Shown: positions 32,981-43,205, counted from the first letter of the stretch. The stretch: DNA of 64,000 nt from Sphingomonadales bacterium (GCA_027483465.1 JAIXUQ010000108.1:49178-113177); one strand, 5' to 3'. The notes: generated by a model from the sequence alone, not told the origin. Numbers and translations: made by a program.

Positions 32981-34468
32981 GTGCCGGCCATGCCTAGCCT
33001 CAATGCGTCCAGCCTCAACGCCACGCAGACCGCCGTGTTCATCGCGCTCACCCTGGCCATGGCGCTGGCCACCATCTGGCAGGTGCGGCGCATGGCGGCG
33101 AAACAGGGCCGCCGCAGCGAAGCCAACAGCAACCGCGAATTTTTCCTCGCCGGTGGCGGCCTCACCTGGCCGTTCATCGCCGGCTCCATCACGCTCACCA
33201 ATCTCTCGACCGATCAACTGGTGGGCATGAACGGCCAGCAGATGCTGCTGCTGGCCTGGTGGGAGCTTTCGGCCGTGGCGGGCCTGGCCATCCTCGCCCT
33301 GGTGTTCCTGCCGGTCTATTACCGCGAAGGCTGCACCACCACCACCGAACTGCTGCAGAAACGCTACAACTCGCCCGGCCTGCGGGCGCTGGTTTCGGCG
33401 CTGTTCCTGGCCGGCAACCTGTTCATCTATCTGCCGATCACCCTCTACACCGGCGCGCTGTTCCTGCGCACCGTCTCGGGCGCCGATCTGCCGCTGCTGC
33501 CGCTGGCCGCGGTGCTGGGCGTGGTCGGCTCGCTCTATGCCATCCTGGGCGGGCTGCGGGCGGTGGCAGTGTATGACACGATTGCGGGCGTGGGCGTGCT
33601 GGGTTCGGCGCTGGCCATCGTGTGGCTGGCGCTGGCGGCCATCGGCTGGGATTTTTCCGGCATCCCGGCCGAACGCCTGACGCTGGTGGGCGGGCCCGAC
33701 AGCCCGATCCCCTTCCCCACCCTGTTCACCGGCATGATCTTCATCCAGATGTTCTACTGGTCAACCAACCAGAACATCACCCAGCGCGCCATGGCGGCGC
33801 CCAGTTTGCGCGAAGGCCAGAAGGGCGTGTTTGCCGCCGGCGTGATCCGGCTGATGATCGTGCCGGCGATCGTGGTGCTGCCCGGCATCGCCAGCTACAA
33901 ATTGTTCGGCCCGCTGGGCGACAGCGCCTATGGCCGCATCGTGGCCGCGGTGATGCCGGCCTGGGCCTCGGGCGCCTTTGCCGCCTTCATGGCCGCCGCC
34001 GTGCTCACCCACTACACCTCGATCCTCAACAGCACGACGACGCTGTGGGTGTGCGACATCCACGAAGCCTATATCAACCCCCGCCCCGATGTGGCGCGGC
34101 TGAACCGGCTGATCTCGATCGGCTTCGTGGCCCTGTCGATCGCGCTGGTGCCGCTCTACAGCGGGGCGGCCTCGATCATCAATCTGGTGCAGCAGTTGAA
34201 CGGCCTCCTGTCGATGCCGATCCTGGCCGTGTTCATCTGCGGGCTGGTGTTCACCGGCATAAGGGCGCCGGCCATGATGCTGGCGTTGCTGGGCGGGGTG
34301 GGCCTCTATGCCGTGTTCACCTGGGTGTGGACCCCGGCGCATTACATCCACCTGATGCTGGTGACATTATTGGCCACCATGGCCCTGGCATTGGCCACCA
34401 ATCGCCTGTTGGCCGTCACCACGCGGTTGCGGGCGGCCACCAGTGGCGGCATTAAGGACACCGATTGA
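32981..34468 (+). CDS. Sodium:solute symporter family (SSF/SLC5) transporter
   Basis: 495 aa, polytopic. REFFLAGGGLTWPFIAGSITLTNLSTDQLVGMNGQ and ...YWSTNQNITQRAMAA are typical SSF blocks. Confidence 0.85.
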   Translation: MPAMPSLNASSLNATQTAVFIALTLAMALATIWQVRRMAAKQGRRSEANSNREFFLAGGGLTWPFIAGSITLTNLSTDQLVGMNGQQMLLLAWWELSAVAGLAILALVFLPVYYREGCTTTTELLQKRYNSPGLRALVSALFLAGNLFIYLPITLYTGALFLRTVSGADLPLLPLAAVLGVVGSLYAILGGLRAVAVYDTIAGVGVLGSALAIVWLALAAIGWDFSGIPAERLTLVGGPDSPIPFPTLFTGMIFIQMFYWSTNQNITQRAMAAPSLREGQKGVFAAGVIRLMIVPAIVVLPGIASYKLFGPLGDSAYGRIVAAVMPAWASGAFAAFMAAAVLTHYTSILNSTTTLWVCDIHEAYINPRPDVARLNRLISIGFVALSIALVPLYSGAASIINLVQQLNGLLSMPILAVFICGLVFTGIRAPAMMLALLGGVGLYAVFTWVWTPAHYIHLMLVTLLATMALALATNRLLAVTTRLRAATSGGIKDTD

Positions 34469-34474
34469 CTCGGT

Positions 34475-34714
34475 TTGATGGAGTGTTGGACGATGTTTGC
34501 CCGGCTGTTCCTGGAACACCCCCGCTGCGTGAACGAGACCTATGGCGAGCATATGGGCGCCGCCTTTGGCGTGGGCGGCCGGCTGCTGGCGGCCAGCCTG
34601 AAATGCTTCATTCATGGCCTGATTCCAGGGCTTTACAAGACGGCCGGCTCCGATGCCATCATCGCGCTGCACAAGGAAATCGCGCCGCGCAAATATGACC
34701 AGCCGACCTTCTGA
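34475..34714 (+). CDS. Small conserved hypothetical protein
   Basis: 79-aa ORF in the gap between two same-strand genes. MFARLFLEHPRCVNETYGEHMGAAFGVGGRLLAASLKCFIHGLIPGLY resembles a small alphaproteobacterial family I recall only vaguely (possibly DUF6356). The start could be ATG 34493. Confidence 0.4.
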   Translation: MMECWTMFARLFLEHPRCVNETYGEHMGAAFGVGGRLLAASLKCFIHGLIPGLYKTAGSDAIIALHKEIAPRKYDQPTF

Positions 34715-34738
34715 TCGGCCACAACCGGGGGGAACGAC

Positions 34739-35953
34739 ATGACCGACACGCTGGGCTTCTGCCCCGATCGCCTGGCGCGGCTTGATCGCTTTCTGGCCGA
34801 AAAATATATTGAAACCAGGCGCTTGCCCGGCACCCTCACGCTGGTTGCCCGCCATGGCGAGATCGCCCATCTCCACGCCCAGGGCCTGGCAGACGTGGAA
34901 CGCGGCATCCCGCTGCGCGACGACACGATCTTCCGCATCTATTCCATGACCAAGCCGATCACCTCGGTCGCGCTGATGATGCTGGTGGAACGCGGCCTGA
35001 TCGCGCTGGACGAACCGGTGCACAAATATATCCCGGAATGGAAAAACCTGGGCGTGTTCGTGGCCGGCACGCACAAATTGGGCTTCCAGACCCGGCCCTG
35101 CGCACGGCCGATGCAGGTGGTTGATCTGTTCCGCCACACCGCCGGCCTCACCTATGGCTTTCAGCTGCGCAGCAATGTGGATGAAGCCTATCGCCGTGAA
35201 AAAATTGGCGAAATCGAAAAGGCCGGCACGCTGGAGGGCATGATCCAGGCGCTGGCAAAGCTGCCGCTGGAATTCTCGCCGGGGGAAGCCTGGAATTATT
35301 CGGTGGCCACCGACGTGCTGGGCTGGCTGGTGCAGGTCGTCTCCGGCCGGCCGTTCGAGCAGTTTCTGGCCGAAGAGATCTTTGCGCCCCTGGGCATGAC
35401 CGACACCGGTTTTCACGTGCGTGACGGCCAGCAGCATCGCTTTGCCGCCTGCTATCAGCCCGGCCGCGATGGCAGCATCACCCTGCAGGATGATCCGGCC
35501 ATCTCCAGCTTCCGCAATCCCCCCGGCTTTGTGTCGGGCGGCGGCGGGCTGGTTTCCACCGCGCATGATTATCTGCAATTCTGCCGCATGCTGGCCAATG
35601 GCGGCACGCTGAACGGCACCCGCATCCTCAGCCGCAAGACGATCGATCTGATGACCGCCAACCATCTGCCCGGCGGCAGCAGCATCGCTGCGCAATCAAA
35701 ATCCCTGTTCAGCGAAGCCGCCTATGATGGTGTGGGCTTTGGCCTGGGCTTTGCCACCACCCTCAATGCCAGCCAGACACTGATGCCCGGTTCCAACGGC
35801 GATTATTTCTGGGGCGGCGCGGCCAGCACCTTCTTCTGGGTGGACCCGGAGGAGGATCTGATCGGCATCTTCATGACCCAGCTCATCCCCTCCTCCACCT
35901 GGCCGGTGCGCCGCGAAATGCGCACCATGGTCTATGCCGCGCTGGATGATTGA
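34739..35953 (+). CDS. Serine hydrolase, beta-lactamase/esterase (class C-like) family
   Basis: 404 aa. The nucleophile motif is FRIYSMTKPITS (S-x-x-K). A downstream YS.. motif and the ...GGGGLVSTAHDY region are typical of EstB/AmpC-like proteins. Confidence 0.85.
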   Translation: MTDTLGFCPDRLARLDRFLAEKYIETRRLPGTLTLVARHGEIAHLHAQGLADVERGIPLRDDTIFRIYSMTKPITSVALMMLVERGLIALDEPVHKYIPEWKNLGVFVAGTHKLGFQTRPCARPMQVVDLFRHTAGLTYGFQLRSNVDEAYRREKIGEIEKAGTLEGMIQALAKLPLEFSPGEAWNYSVATDVLGWLVQVVSGRPFEQFLAEEIFAPLGMTDTGFHVRDGQQHRFAACYQPGRDGSITLQDDPAISSFRNPPGFVSGGGGLVSTAHDYLQFCRMLANGGTLNGTRILSRKTIDLMTANHLPGGSSIAAQSKSLFSEAAYDGVGFGLGFATTLNASQTLMPGSNGDYFWGGAASTFFWVDPEEDLIGIFMTQLIPSSTWPVRREMRTMVYAALDD

Positions 35954-36400
35954 TCAGCCATAGGATGGATCGAGCCCGGCGCCGTGCTGGGCCAGCCAGG
36001 CCATCGCCAATTGATTGTCGAACTCGGCGAGATCATAGACATCGCTGATCAGGGCGATGCGGCCATCATCGCGCAGATGGAGCTGTTCCTGCGCCGAAAA
36101 GCTGAGGACCGGCGCCCCGGCCCGGCGATAGACGCCCATCGCCCGGCCCGCCAGGCAGTTGCCCACCGCGCGCCAGCCCACACCGAACCAGCGGCGCTCG
36201 TCAAATCGCCGGTCAAAATTGGCGATGGAGCGGGCAAAACCGGCCAGCACCGCGTCGCGCCCGCGCAATTCGCAGCCAAAGGGCGCGCCTGTCACCATAT
36301 AAACCACATCTTCGGCCAACATCGGCACCAGCCGCTGCCAGTCATCATCGGCGACACAGGCATCAAAGCCCGCCACCCACGCCTGAAACCTGTCCAGCAT
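35954..36400 (-). CDS. NTF2/SnoaL-like fold protein (hypothetical)
   Basis: 148 aa. The size and the pattern ...WQRLVPMLAEDVVYMVTG...LRGRDAVLAGF... resemble SnoaL-like domains. The call is weak. Confidence 0.5.
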   Translation of the reverse strand: MLDRFQAWVAGFDACVADDDWQRLVPMLAEDVVYMVTGAPFGCELRGRDAVLAGFARSIANFDRRFDERRWFGVGWRAVGNCLAGRAMGVYRRAGAPVLSFSAQEQLHLRDDGRIALISDVYDLAEFDNQLAMAWLAQHGAGLDPSYG

Positions 36401-36476
36401 TTCCTGCTCCTGCTTGCATTGCCGGGCCGGTATTGCCAGTCTGACATTATCGGATCGATTACCTTGAGGTCATGGC

Positions 36477-37259
36477 ATGGATGCCACCGCCTTTGGCCCG
36501 TTGCTGCAACGGCTGCGGCGGCAGCGGCGATTGTCCCAACAGGCGCTGGCCGGCACAGCCGGCCTGTCGCAGCGCCATGTCTGCTTTCTGGAAACCGGCC
36601 GGGCCCAGCCGGGCGCCCGCGCCCTGCCGAAACTGGTCGCGGCACTGGCGCTGTCGTCGGCCGAGGCCGCCGAACTGGTCGCAGCCGCCGGCCTCGCACC
36701 ACCGGCGGCCGGGCTGGACTGGCACGCCCCGGCGCTGGCGCGGCTGCGCGCGATCACGGCCGAGATGCTGGCGGCCTGGGCCGATGTGCCGGCCTATGTG
36801 CTGGATGCCGGCGGCCAGATCCTGGCGCGCAACCCGATGTTTGAGCAGCTTTTGCGCCAGGCCCCACCGGTGCCGCCGGGGCTAGCCGGCAATATCCATG
36901 ATCTGGTGCTGCACCCCGATGGCCTGGCCGATGCCATTGCCGCCCCCGATCAATTGGTGCCGGCCCTGATCCGCCGCCTGCGGCGCACCGCCGCCAGCCA
37001 GCCGGCGGCCGCGGCCACGCTGGCGCGCGTGCGCCATTATCCAATCGTGCAGCGCCACGGTGCCAGCCTGCCGCGCGCCAGCGATCTGGGCGTGATCCCG
37101 GAAACCTATCGCATCGCGGGTGAGCGCTGGGCCTTCATCGCGGCCACGGCCGGCTTTCTGGGCGCCGATCAAGCCCTCGCCGCCGGGATTGAAGTGGAGG
37201 CACTGTTCCCGGCCGATGACAATACCCGTCGGCGCATGCGCCTGTTGGCCGCTCAATAA
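36477..37259 (+). CDS. XRE-family HTH regulator with MmyB-like C-terminal domain
   Basis: 260 aa. LLQRLRRQRRLSQQALAGTAGLSQRHVCFLETGRAQP is the XRE HTH. The length and C-terminal region fit MmyB-type regulators. Confidence 0.7.
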   Translation: MDATAFGPLLQRLRRQRRLSQQALAGTAGLSQRHVCFLETGRAQPGARALPKLVAALALSSAEAAELVAAAGLAPPAAGLDWHAPALARLRAITAEMLAAWADVPAYVLDAGGQILARNPMFEQLLRQAPPVPPGLAGNIHDLVLHPDGLADAIAAPDQLVPALIRRLRRTAASQPAAAATLARVRHYPIVQRHGASLPRASDLGVIPETYRIAGERWAFIAATAGFLGADQALAAGIEVEALFPADDNTRRRMRLLAAQ

Positions 37260-38878
37260 TTCGCCCGCTCGGGCAGTTCGGTGCGGCGGAAGCGGATCGT
37301 GCGCTCTTTCCCCGGCGGCACCACCACCCGCCACAGCGGCCGGCCATCGCGCCATGCCAGCGGGCGCGAAAAGCGGCTGAGCGCGTGTTCGGCCGTGTCG
37401 GCAAATTCCACCTCGGCCGTGATTGCCGCCTCGCCATCGTTGCGCACCGTCAGCGTCACCCTGGTCCAGTTCGAACCATCGGGGCCGTCATCCTCGTCCG
37501 TGTCGAAATCGACATCGTCATCGCCGGCATCGGGCAGATCGAAATCCACCCGCTCGCCCACCGCCTTCTCCTTCACCCCCACTTCGCCGATCGGGTGGCG
37601 GCCCAGCGGCGTCTCCTGAAACAGCGCAATGCGGCCACGCGGCAGCGGTTCGCCCAGCCCGCTCGCCTTGTCATTGGTCAGGCGGTAACTGAATTTCGGA
37701 TCGTCGATATAATCACCGCGATAGACGGCGTGGTGCACAAACGCGCCCTTCAGCACCCGGTCATCCAGGAACCGCACCTGCTTGATGCTGCGGGCGCCAA
37801 TGTCGCTGCGATGGCTGAGCGTGTAGAGTTTGGCATCGCCGATATCGCTCTGGTCGGCGCGGCGCATGCCGGTCACCACGATGTCATCGCTGCAGCCATC
37901 CTCCTCATCCTCCTCGGCGCAGCCGCCACCGCCGCCAAACCAGCCGCCACTGCCCAGCCGCACGGCGATGGGCGCCTCCTGCGGGCCCGGCAGCCGCGGC
38001 GTGAACTGCGGCACATTCACCCGCGCCGCCGCCGTGCGGCCCAGCGGCCAGCAGCCGGCCGAAACCGCAATATTGTCAGGCGCATAGGGATCGGCATCGC
38101 GCTCCGCCTCCGCCGCCTGGTCTTCATCGTCGGTCGGCTGCGCGCGGCTGATCATGCCGGCAATCGCGCTCACCTGCGCCTGTTCAAACCGGGTGCGGTC
38201 GCGGCTGCCCAGCGTGAGCCAGGACGACAGCGCCAGCGTGCGGCCATCGGCCGAGAAGGTGCCGACATAATCGGCCTGCCAATCGAAATTGCCGGCCAGA
38301 TAGACCAGCCGCAGCCGCAGTCGGCCGCCGCGGTTGCTTTCGGGCAATTCCACCGACAGCGTGGGCTTGGCGGTCAGGTCCGGCGGCCGGCCGGGAAACA
38401 ACAGCGTGTTGAGGCTGCCCTCGCACTGCACCGCCTCCACCCCGCGCGCCGTCTTCAGCACCAGCGCATCCGCGCCCGAAAGGATGGTGCCGGGCTCCAG
38501 CACCGACGTACCGCTCACCGGATCGGCCCGGCGGATCATCACCCGCTGCCCGGCAAAGCCGTCGATCAGCCCGCGTTGTGACAACAGCCGGGCATCGAAA
38601 TTTTTCTCGCCCACCGTGATGTCATACAAGAGCGCGCTTTGCGGCACGATGCTTCCGGCCACCCCTTCCAGCCGCAGCGTCACCCGCCCGGCCGGCACCG
38701 TCACCTCGCGCACCTCCTCCAGCAGGGCGAAGCCGCCCAGCGGTTCATCGCTGTTCGGGTCCATGTCCATCACGTCGCCCGCCGCGCGGCCGGGATCGCG
38801 ATAAAAGCTGATCGCCGTCTCAACCGGCGCGGCCGAGACCACGATCGGCGCCAGCGCCAGGGCCAGCGCAGCCGGCAT
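37253..38878 (-). CDS. DUF4139-family exported protein (paralog 2)
   Basis: 541 aa from ATG 38878 (signal MPAALALALAPIVVSAAP). ...TAKPTLSVELPESNRGGRLRLRLVYLAGNFDWQADYVGTF...LSSWLTLGS parallels the upstream paralog. TGATG overlap with it. Confidence 0.65.
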   Translation of the reverse strand: MPAALALALAPIVVSAAPVETAISFYRDPGRAAGDVMDMDPNSDEPLGGFALLEEVREVTVPAGRVTLRLEGVAGSIVPQSALLYDITVGEKNFDARLLSQRGLIDGFAGQRVMIRRADPVSGTSVLEPGTILSGADALVLKTARGVEAVQCEGSLNTLLFPGRPPDLTAKPTLSVELPESNRGGRLRLRLVYLAGNFDWQADYVGTFSADGRTLALSSWLTLGSRDRTRFEQAQVSAIAGMISRAQPTDDEDQAAEAERDADPYAPDNIAVSAGCWPLGRTAAARVNVPQFTPRLPGPQEAPIAVRLGSGGWFGGGGGCAEEDEEDGCSDDIVVTGMRRADQSDIGDAKLYTLSHRSDIGARSIKQVRFLDDRVLKGAFVHHAVYRGDYIDDPKFSYRLTNDKASGLGEPLPRGRIALFQETPLGRHPIGEVGVKEKAVGERVDFDLPDAGDDDVDFDTDEDDGPDGSNWTRVTLTVRNDGEAAITAEVEFADTAEHALSRFSRPLAWRDGRPLWRVVVPPGKERTIRFRRTELPERANY

Positions 38879-40350
38879 CAGAAGGCCGTGAGATAGGTGA
38901 CGTTCAGTTCGGCGCTGCCGCGCGCCGGCACCGGCACCTGCCATTCGCGCACGTCGCTGCGGTCCTGACTGCCCTTTATGCTTTCCTCGGTGATGCGCGT
39001 GGCTTCGCGCCAGCCCTGCAGCCCCGATTGGCGCAGCGCCACGGTCACCGGTTGCGGGCGGGCGTTGGTGACGATGAACTTCATCTGGGTGCGATAATAT
39101 TCGCGCTGGCGCTGCACCGTCACCGTTTGCACCGCGCCATTTTCAACGATGCGGAATTTCGCCGTCGCCTGCCATTCATCGGCGCTGATGCGTTCGCGCC
39201 TGATCACCATCGGCCGCAGCTTCACATCAAAGGCCAGCGCGGTGGGCAATTCCACATCCGCACCCGCCGTGGTGTGCTCGATGCGGTTTTCGCCCACAAA
39301 GCGGGTCTTACCCCCGGCGTCGCGCATATAGACCCGCACGATCCCGGCCGGCAGGGCGCGGCCCAGGCCGCCCTTGGCCCCGGTGCCGAAATTCAGGATG
39401 CTGGTCACGGCCTGCGCTTCGTCGGCCTCGCACAGCCAGTCGCAGTCAAAACGATAGAGCCGCCTGGCCGCCACGCCCGAGGCATCGAGGAAACTCACCT
39501 GCTTCTTCTGGTTGCTGGCCACCGTGGTGCGCGCCGCCACCGGATAAAGATAAAGATCGCCCACCGCCTGCTCGTTGCTCTCGCCATCGCCGAGGCGGGT
39601 GCTGGCATAGGGGTTGGGCGCCCGCCGGCGCGGCTGTTGCAGCTTCATCAGATCGCCGGCGGCCAGCGTGATCAACGCATCGCGAAATTCGGTGCCGCTG
39701 CTGTTGGTCAGCGTCACCCAGCCCTGCAGGTCCATGCGGCCGGCTGCTTCATCAAACAGGCCGACATAATCCGCCTTCCACGCCAGCCCGCTGGTCAGAT
39801 AGCGCAGCGTCACCGGCTGCACCCCGGCCTTTTCCGCCGCCAGCGTCACCGAAAGCGTGGGCCGGGCGCGCAGATTGGGCGGAATGCGATCAAAGATCAC
39901 CCGCACCGGCAGGCCATCATCGCGCAGGATTTCCACGTGTCCGCCGGTTTCCAGCACCACGCCGCCGTTCACCGCCAGCACCTTGGCCGTGTCTCGGGTT
40001 TCCGCGCCGGTGGCCGGGTTGCTGCGCACCAGGGTGATGGACTGGCCCTCGGCCTTGCGCATCAGGCTTTCGGGCGAGAGCAGGTCATAATCGAAATTCT
40101 GTTCCACCACCTCGATACCGTCACCGCCCAGCGTCACGGTTTCAGGGCGGATGGTGGCCGACACATCGGGAAACAACTGGCGGCTGATCCCCGCCGGCAG
40201 GCTGAGACTGCGGCGATCCTCCACCAGCGCCTGATCGGCATAGACGGTGATGCGCACATCGCCCTGCCCGGTGCCCGTTCCGGCAATGGGGGCCGCCGTC
40301 TGCGCCAATGCCGCCGCCGGCAGCATCACCATGGCCCAGATCACCCGCAT
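38878..40350 (-). CDS. DUF4139-family exported protein (paralog 1)
   Basis: 490 aa from ATG 40350 (signal MRVIWAMVMLPAAALAQ). ...RARPTLSVTLAAEKAGVQPVTLRYLTSGLAWKADYVGLF...LQGWVTLTNSSG is the pattern I associate with DUF4139/DUF4140 proteins. Confidence 0.65.
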   Translation of the reverse strand: MRVIWAMVMLPAAALAQTAAPIAGTGTGQGDVRITVYADQALVEDRRSLSLPAGISRQLFPDVSATIRPETVTLGGDGIEVVEQNFDYDLLSPESLMRKAEGQSITLVRSNPATGAETRDTAKVLAVNGGVVLETGGHVEILRDDGLPVRVIFDRIPPNLRARPTLSVTLAAEKAGVQPVTLRYLTSGLAWKADYVGLFDEAAGRMDLQGWVTLTNSSGTEFRDALITLAAGDLMKLQQPRRRAPNPYASTRLGDGESNEQAVGDLYLYPVAARTTVASNQKKQVSFLDASGVAARRLYRFDCDWLCEADEAQAVTSILNFGTGAKGGLGRALPAGIVRVYMRDAGGKTRFVGENRIEHTTAGADVELPTALAFDVKLRPMVIRRERISADEWQATAKFRIVENGAVQTVTVQRQREYYRTQMKFIVTNARPQPVTVALRQSGLQGWREATRITEESIKGSQDRSDVREWQVPVPARGSAELNVTYLTAF

Positions 40351-40512
40351 CGTCCCGATCCCCCCGATGGTCAGGCAGGATGCCACACGGCATCCCCGGC
40401 GCAAGCAGCGCTGCCAAAAAAATCTAGTCGGCCCTGTCTGTTTGGGCGATGCTCGCGGCTCATCTGGGCGAACCGGCCATTGCGGCCCTGGTTCGCTGAT
40501 GGAGCAAGACCG

Positions 40513-40866
40513 ATGCAATATGCCCTGATCTATCGTGAAACCGCCGCCGAACTGGCCCGCGAGAAGCGCGAGCCTGACGCCTATTGGGGCGCGTGGAACG
40601 CCTATATGGGCGCCATGGGCGCGGCCGGCATCATGCGCGGCGGTGCCGGCCTGTTGCAGCCGCCCACCGCCACCACGCTGCGCATCGCCGATGGCGAATG
40701 GCAGGTGCAGGATGGCCCTTTTGCCGACACCAAGGAGATGCTGGGCGGCTTCGTGGTGATCGACGTGCCGGATCTGGATGCGGCGCTGGCCTGGGCGGCC
40801 CGCGCGCCCTGCGCCAGCGCCGGTTCGGTGGAGGTGCGCCCCACGCTGCCGCCGCCGGCCGCCTGA
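40513..40866 (+). CDS. YciI-family (DGPF-motif) protein
   Basis: 117 aa. GGAG lies before ATG 40513. ...VQDGPFADTKEMLGGFVVIDVPDLDAALAWA is the YciI/DGPF signature. It precedes its usual sigma-factor partner. Confidence 0.8.
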   Translation: MQYALIYRETAAELAREKREPDAYWGAWNAYMGAMGAAGIMRGGAGLLQPPTATTLRIADGEWQVQDGPFADTKEMLGGFVVIDVPDLDAALAWAARAPCASAGSVEVRPTLPPPAA

Positions 40867-40883
40867 GCCAATTGCCCAAGACC

Positions 40884-42107
40884 ATGGCCCGCGCCGCTGC
40901 TTCCCCGGCCCAACAGGCGGCCGAAGCAGCGGCGCGCACCGCCTATGGCCGGCTGCTGGCCCTGATCGCGCGCGACAGCCGCGACATTGCCGCGGCCGAG
41001 GATGCGCTGGCCACCGCGCTGGCCCGCGCCCTTGGCCGCTGGCCCACCGAGGGTGTGCCGGCCGCGCCCGAGGCCTGGCTGCTCACCGTGGCGCGCCGCG
41101 AACTGGGCCATGGCCGCGCCCGCGCCGCCACCGCAGCGGCGGCCGCCCCGGCCGTGGCCCTGCTGGCCGAGGAGCGCGGCGATGGGCCGTCGGAATGGCC
41201 GGATGAGCGGCTGAAGCTGATGTTTGTCTGCACCCATCCGGCGATTTCGGCGCGCATCCAGGCGCCGCTGATGCTGCAGGTGGTGCTGGGGCTGGATGCG
41301 GCCCGCATCGCGGCGGCCTTTCTCGTCTCACCGGCGGCGATGGGCCAGGCGCTGGTCAGGGCCAAGGCGCGCATCCGCGATGCCGGCATCGGCTTTGCCG
41401 TGCCACCGCCGGCCGATCGTCCGGCCCGGCTGGCCGCCATCCGCAGCGCCATCTATGCCGCCTATGGCGCCGAGTGGGACGATGCTGCCAGCCGCAGCGA
41501 TCTGGCCGGCGAGGCGATCTTTCTGGCCCGGCTGGTGACGCAACTGGCCCCGGATGATCCCGAAAATGCCGGCCTGCTGGCGCTGATCTGCCTGTGCGAG
41601 GCGCGGCGCCCGGCCCGCCGCGATGCCGCCGGTGCCTATGTGCCGCTGGACCGGCAGGATGTGCAGGCCTGGCAGGGCGATCTGCTGGCCGAAGGCGAGG
41701 CCGCGCTGCGCCGTGCCGCCAGCCACGGCCAGCCGGGCCGGTTCCAGTTGGAGGCCGCCATCCAGTCGCTGCACAATCATCAGCGCCTGACCGGCCATGA
41801 TCTGTCGGCCCCGCTGGTTGGCCTTTATGATCGGCTGCTGGCCATCGCGCTCAGCATCGGCGCCGCCATCGCCCGCGCCGCCGCGCTGATTGCGGCCGGG
41901 GCCGCCCCGGCGGCGCTGGTGGCGCTGGATGAACTGGCCCCGCGCTGCCGCGATCATCAGCCCTGGTGGGCCACCCGCGCCCGGGCGCTGGCCGTGGTGG
42001 GCAATGCCGAGGCCGCGCGTGCGGCCGCCCACCGCGCGGCCGGCCTCACCAGCGATCCGGCCATCCGGGCCTTTCTGCTGTCAGACGATTTTTTGGCAGC
42101 CCAATAG
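40884..42107 (+). CDS. ECF-type RNA polymerase sigma factor with extended C-terminal (TPR-like) domain
   Basis: 407 aa from ATG 40884. ...AYGRLLALIARDSRDIAAAEDALATAL...PEAWLLTVARR is region 2. ...LMLQVVLGLDAARIAAAFLVSPAAMGQALVRAKARI is the region 4 HTH. A long Ala-rich C-terminal extension follows. Confidence 0.8.
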   Translation: MARAAASPAQQAAEAAARTAYGRLLALIARDSRDIAAAEDALATALARALGRWPTEGVPAAPEAWLLTVARRELGHGRARAATAAAAAPAVALLAEERGDGPSEWPDERLKLMFVCTHPAISARIQAPLMLQVVLGLDAARIAAAFLVSPAAMGQALVRAKARIRDAGIGFAVPPPADRPARLAAIRSAIYAAYGAEWDDAASRSDLAGEAIFLARLVTQLAPDDPENAGLLALICLCEARRPARRDAAGAYVPLDRQDVQAWQGDLLAEGEAALRRAASHGQPGRFQLEAAIQSLHNHQRLTGHDLSAPLVGLYDRLLAIALSIGAAIARAAALIAAGAAPAALVALDELAPRCRDHQPWWATRARALAVVGNAEAARAAAHRAAGLTSDPAIRAFLLSDDFLAAQ

Positions 42108-42338
42108 GGGTTGGCCCTGTCCTACACGGGCAGACCATGCGCTTATGGCGGCAGGGTGAATCAGCAGCGGAGGCCGCCGGGGCGGAGGCTGCCGGACTCC
42201 GGTCAATTTCGTCAAAACTGTCAAAACCCAGGCAAAGCGCAGACCGGGGCCTGCCCAAGATTTTCTCGCCAAGCTGACGGGTTGGCAAAGCCCGGCGGCG
42301 GGGCCACAACAACCGGGATCATCGCGCAGGAGACAGCC

Positions 42339-43205
42339 ATGACCGACTATGTGCCCCCCAAGGTGTGGACGTGGGACAAGGGCTTTGGCGGCCGCTTTGC
42401 CAATATCAACCGCCCGATTGCCGGCCCCACCCACGACAAGGAGTTGCCGGTGGGCAGGCACCCGATCCAGCTTTACAGCCTGGGCACCCCCAACGGGGTG
42501 AAGGTGACCGTGATGCTGGAAGAGTTGCTGGCCGCCGGCCACAGCGGGGCCGAATATGATGCCTGGCTGATCAACATCGGCAGCGGTGACCAGTTTGGTT
42601 CGGGCTTTGTGGCCGTGAACCCCAACAGCAAGATCCCGGCGATGGTCGATCGCTCCACCGATCCGCCCACCCGCCTGTTCGAAAGCGGCGCCATGCTGCT
42701 CTATCTGGCAGAAAAGTTCGGCGCCTTCCTGCCCACCGATCATCATGCCCGCACCGAGGCCCTGTGCTGGCTGTTCTGGCAGATGGGATCGGCGCCGATC
42801 CTGGGCGGCGGCTTTGGCCATTTCTATGCCTATGCCCCCACCAAGCAGGAATATCCGATCAACCGCTATGCCATGGAGGTGAAGCGGCAGATGGACGTGC
42901 TGGACCGGCACCTGGCCGAAAACGAGTATATGGCCGGCGCCGAATACAGCATCGCCGACATGGCGATCTGGCCCTGGTATGGCGCGATGAGCCTTGGGCT
43001 GCTCTATGAGGCCGGCGAGTTCCTCGAGGTTTCGGGCTATGGCAATGTCATCCGCTGGACCAGGCAGATTGGCGAGCGCCCGGCGGTGAAGCGCGGCCGC
43101 ATGGTGAACCGGGCCTTTGGCGAGCCGTCGAGCCAGTTGCACGAACGCCACGACGCCAGCGATTTCGACACGAAAACGCAGGACAAGATCGGCAAGCCGG
43201 CGTGA
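42339..43205 (+). CDS. yghU: Nu-class glutathione S-transferase / GSH-dependent disulfide reductase (YghU-like)
   Basis: 288 aa from ATG 42339. ...HPIQLYSLGTPNGVKVTVMLEELL...INIGSGDQFGSGFVAVNPNSKIPAM...ESGAMLLYLAEKFG matches YghU/YfcG-type GSTs. Confidence 0.85.
   Translation: MTDYVPPKVWTWDKGFGGRFANINRPIAGPTHDKELPVGRHPIQLYSLGTPNGVKVTVMLEELLAAGHSGAEYDAWLINIGSGDQFGSGFVAVNPNSKIPAMVDRSTDPPTRLFESGAMLLYLAEKFGAFLPTDHHARTEALCWLFWQMGSAPILGGGFGHFYAYAPTKQEYPINRYAMEVKRQMDVLDRHLAENEYMAGAEYSIADMAIWPWYGAMSLGLLYEAGEFLEVSGYGNVIRWTRQIGERPAVKRGRMVNRAFGEPSSQLHERHDASDFDTKTQDKIGKPA

Noticed and set aside
39028-40512. N-terminal ~495 aa of the 612-aa plus-strand ORF 39028-40866
   Set aside because: Only the last 117 codons (from ATG 40513, with an RBS) form a YciI-like protein. 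The rest is antisense to a DUF4139 gene.
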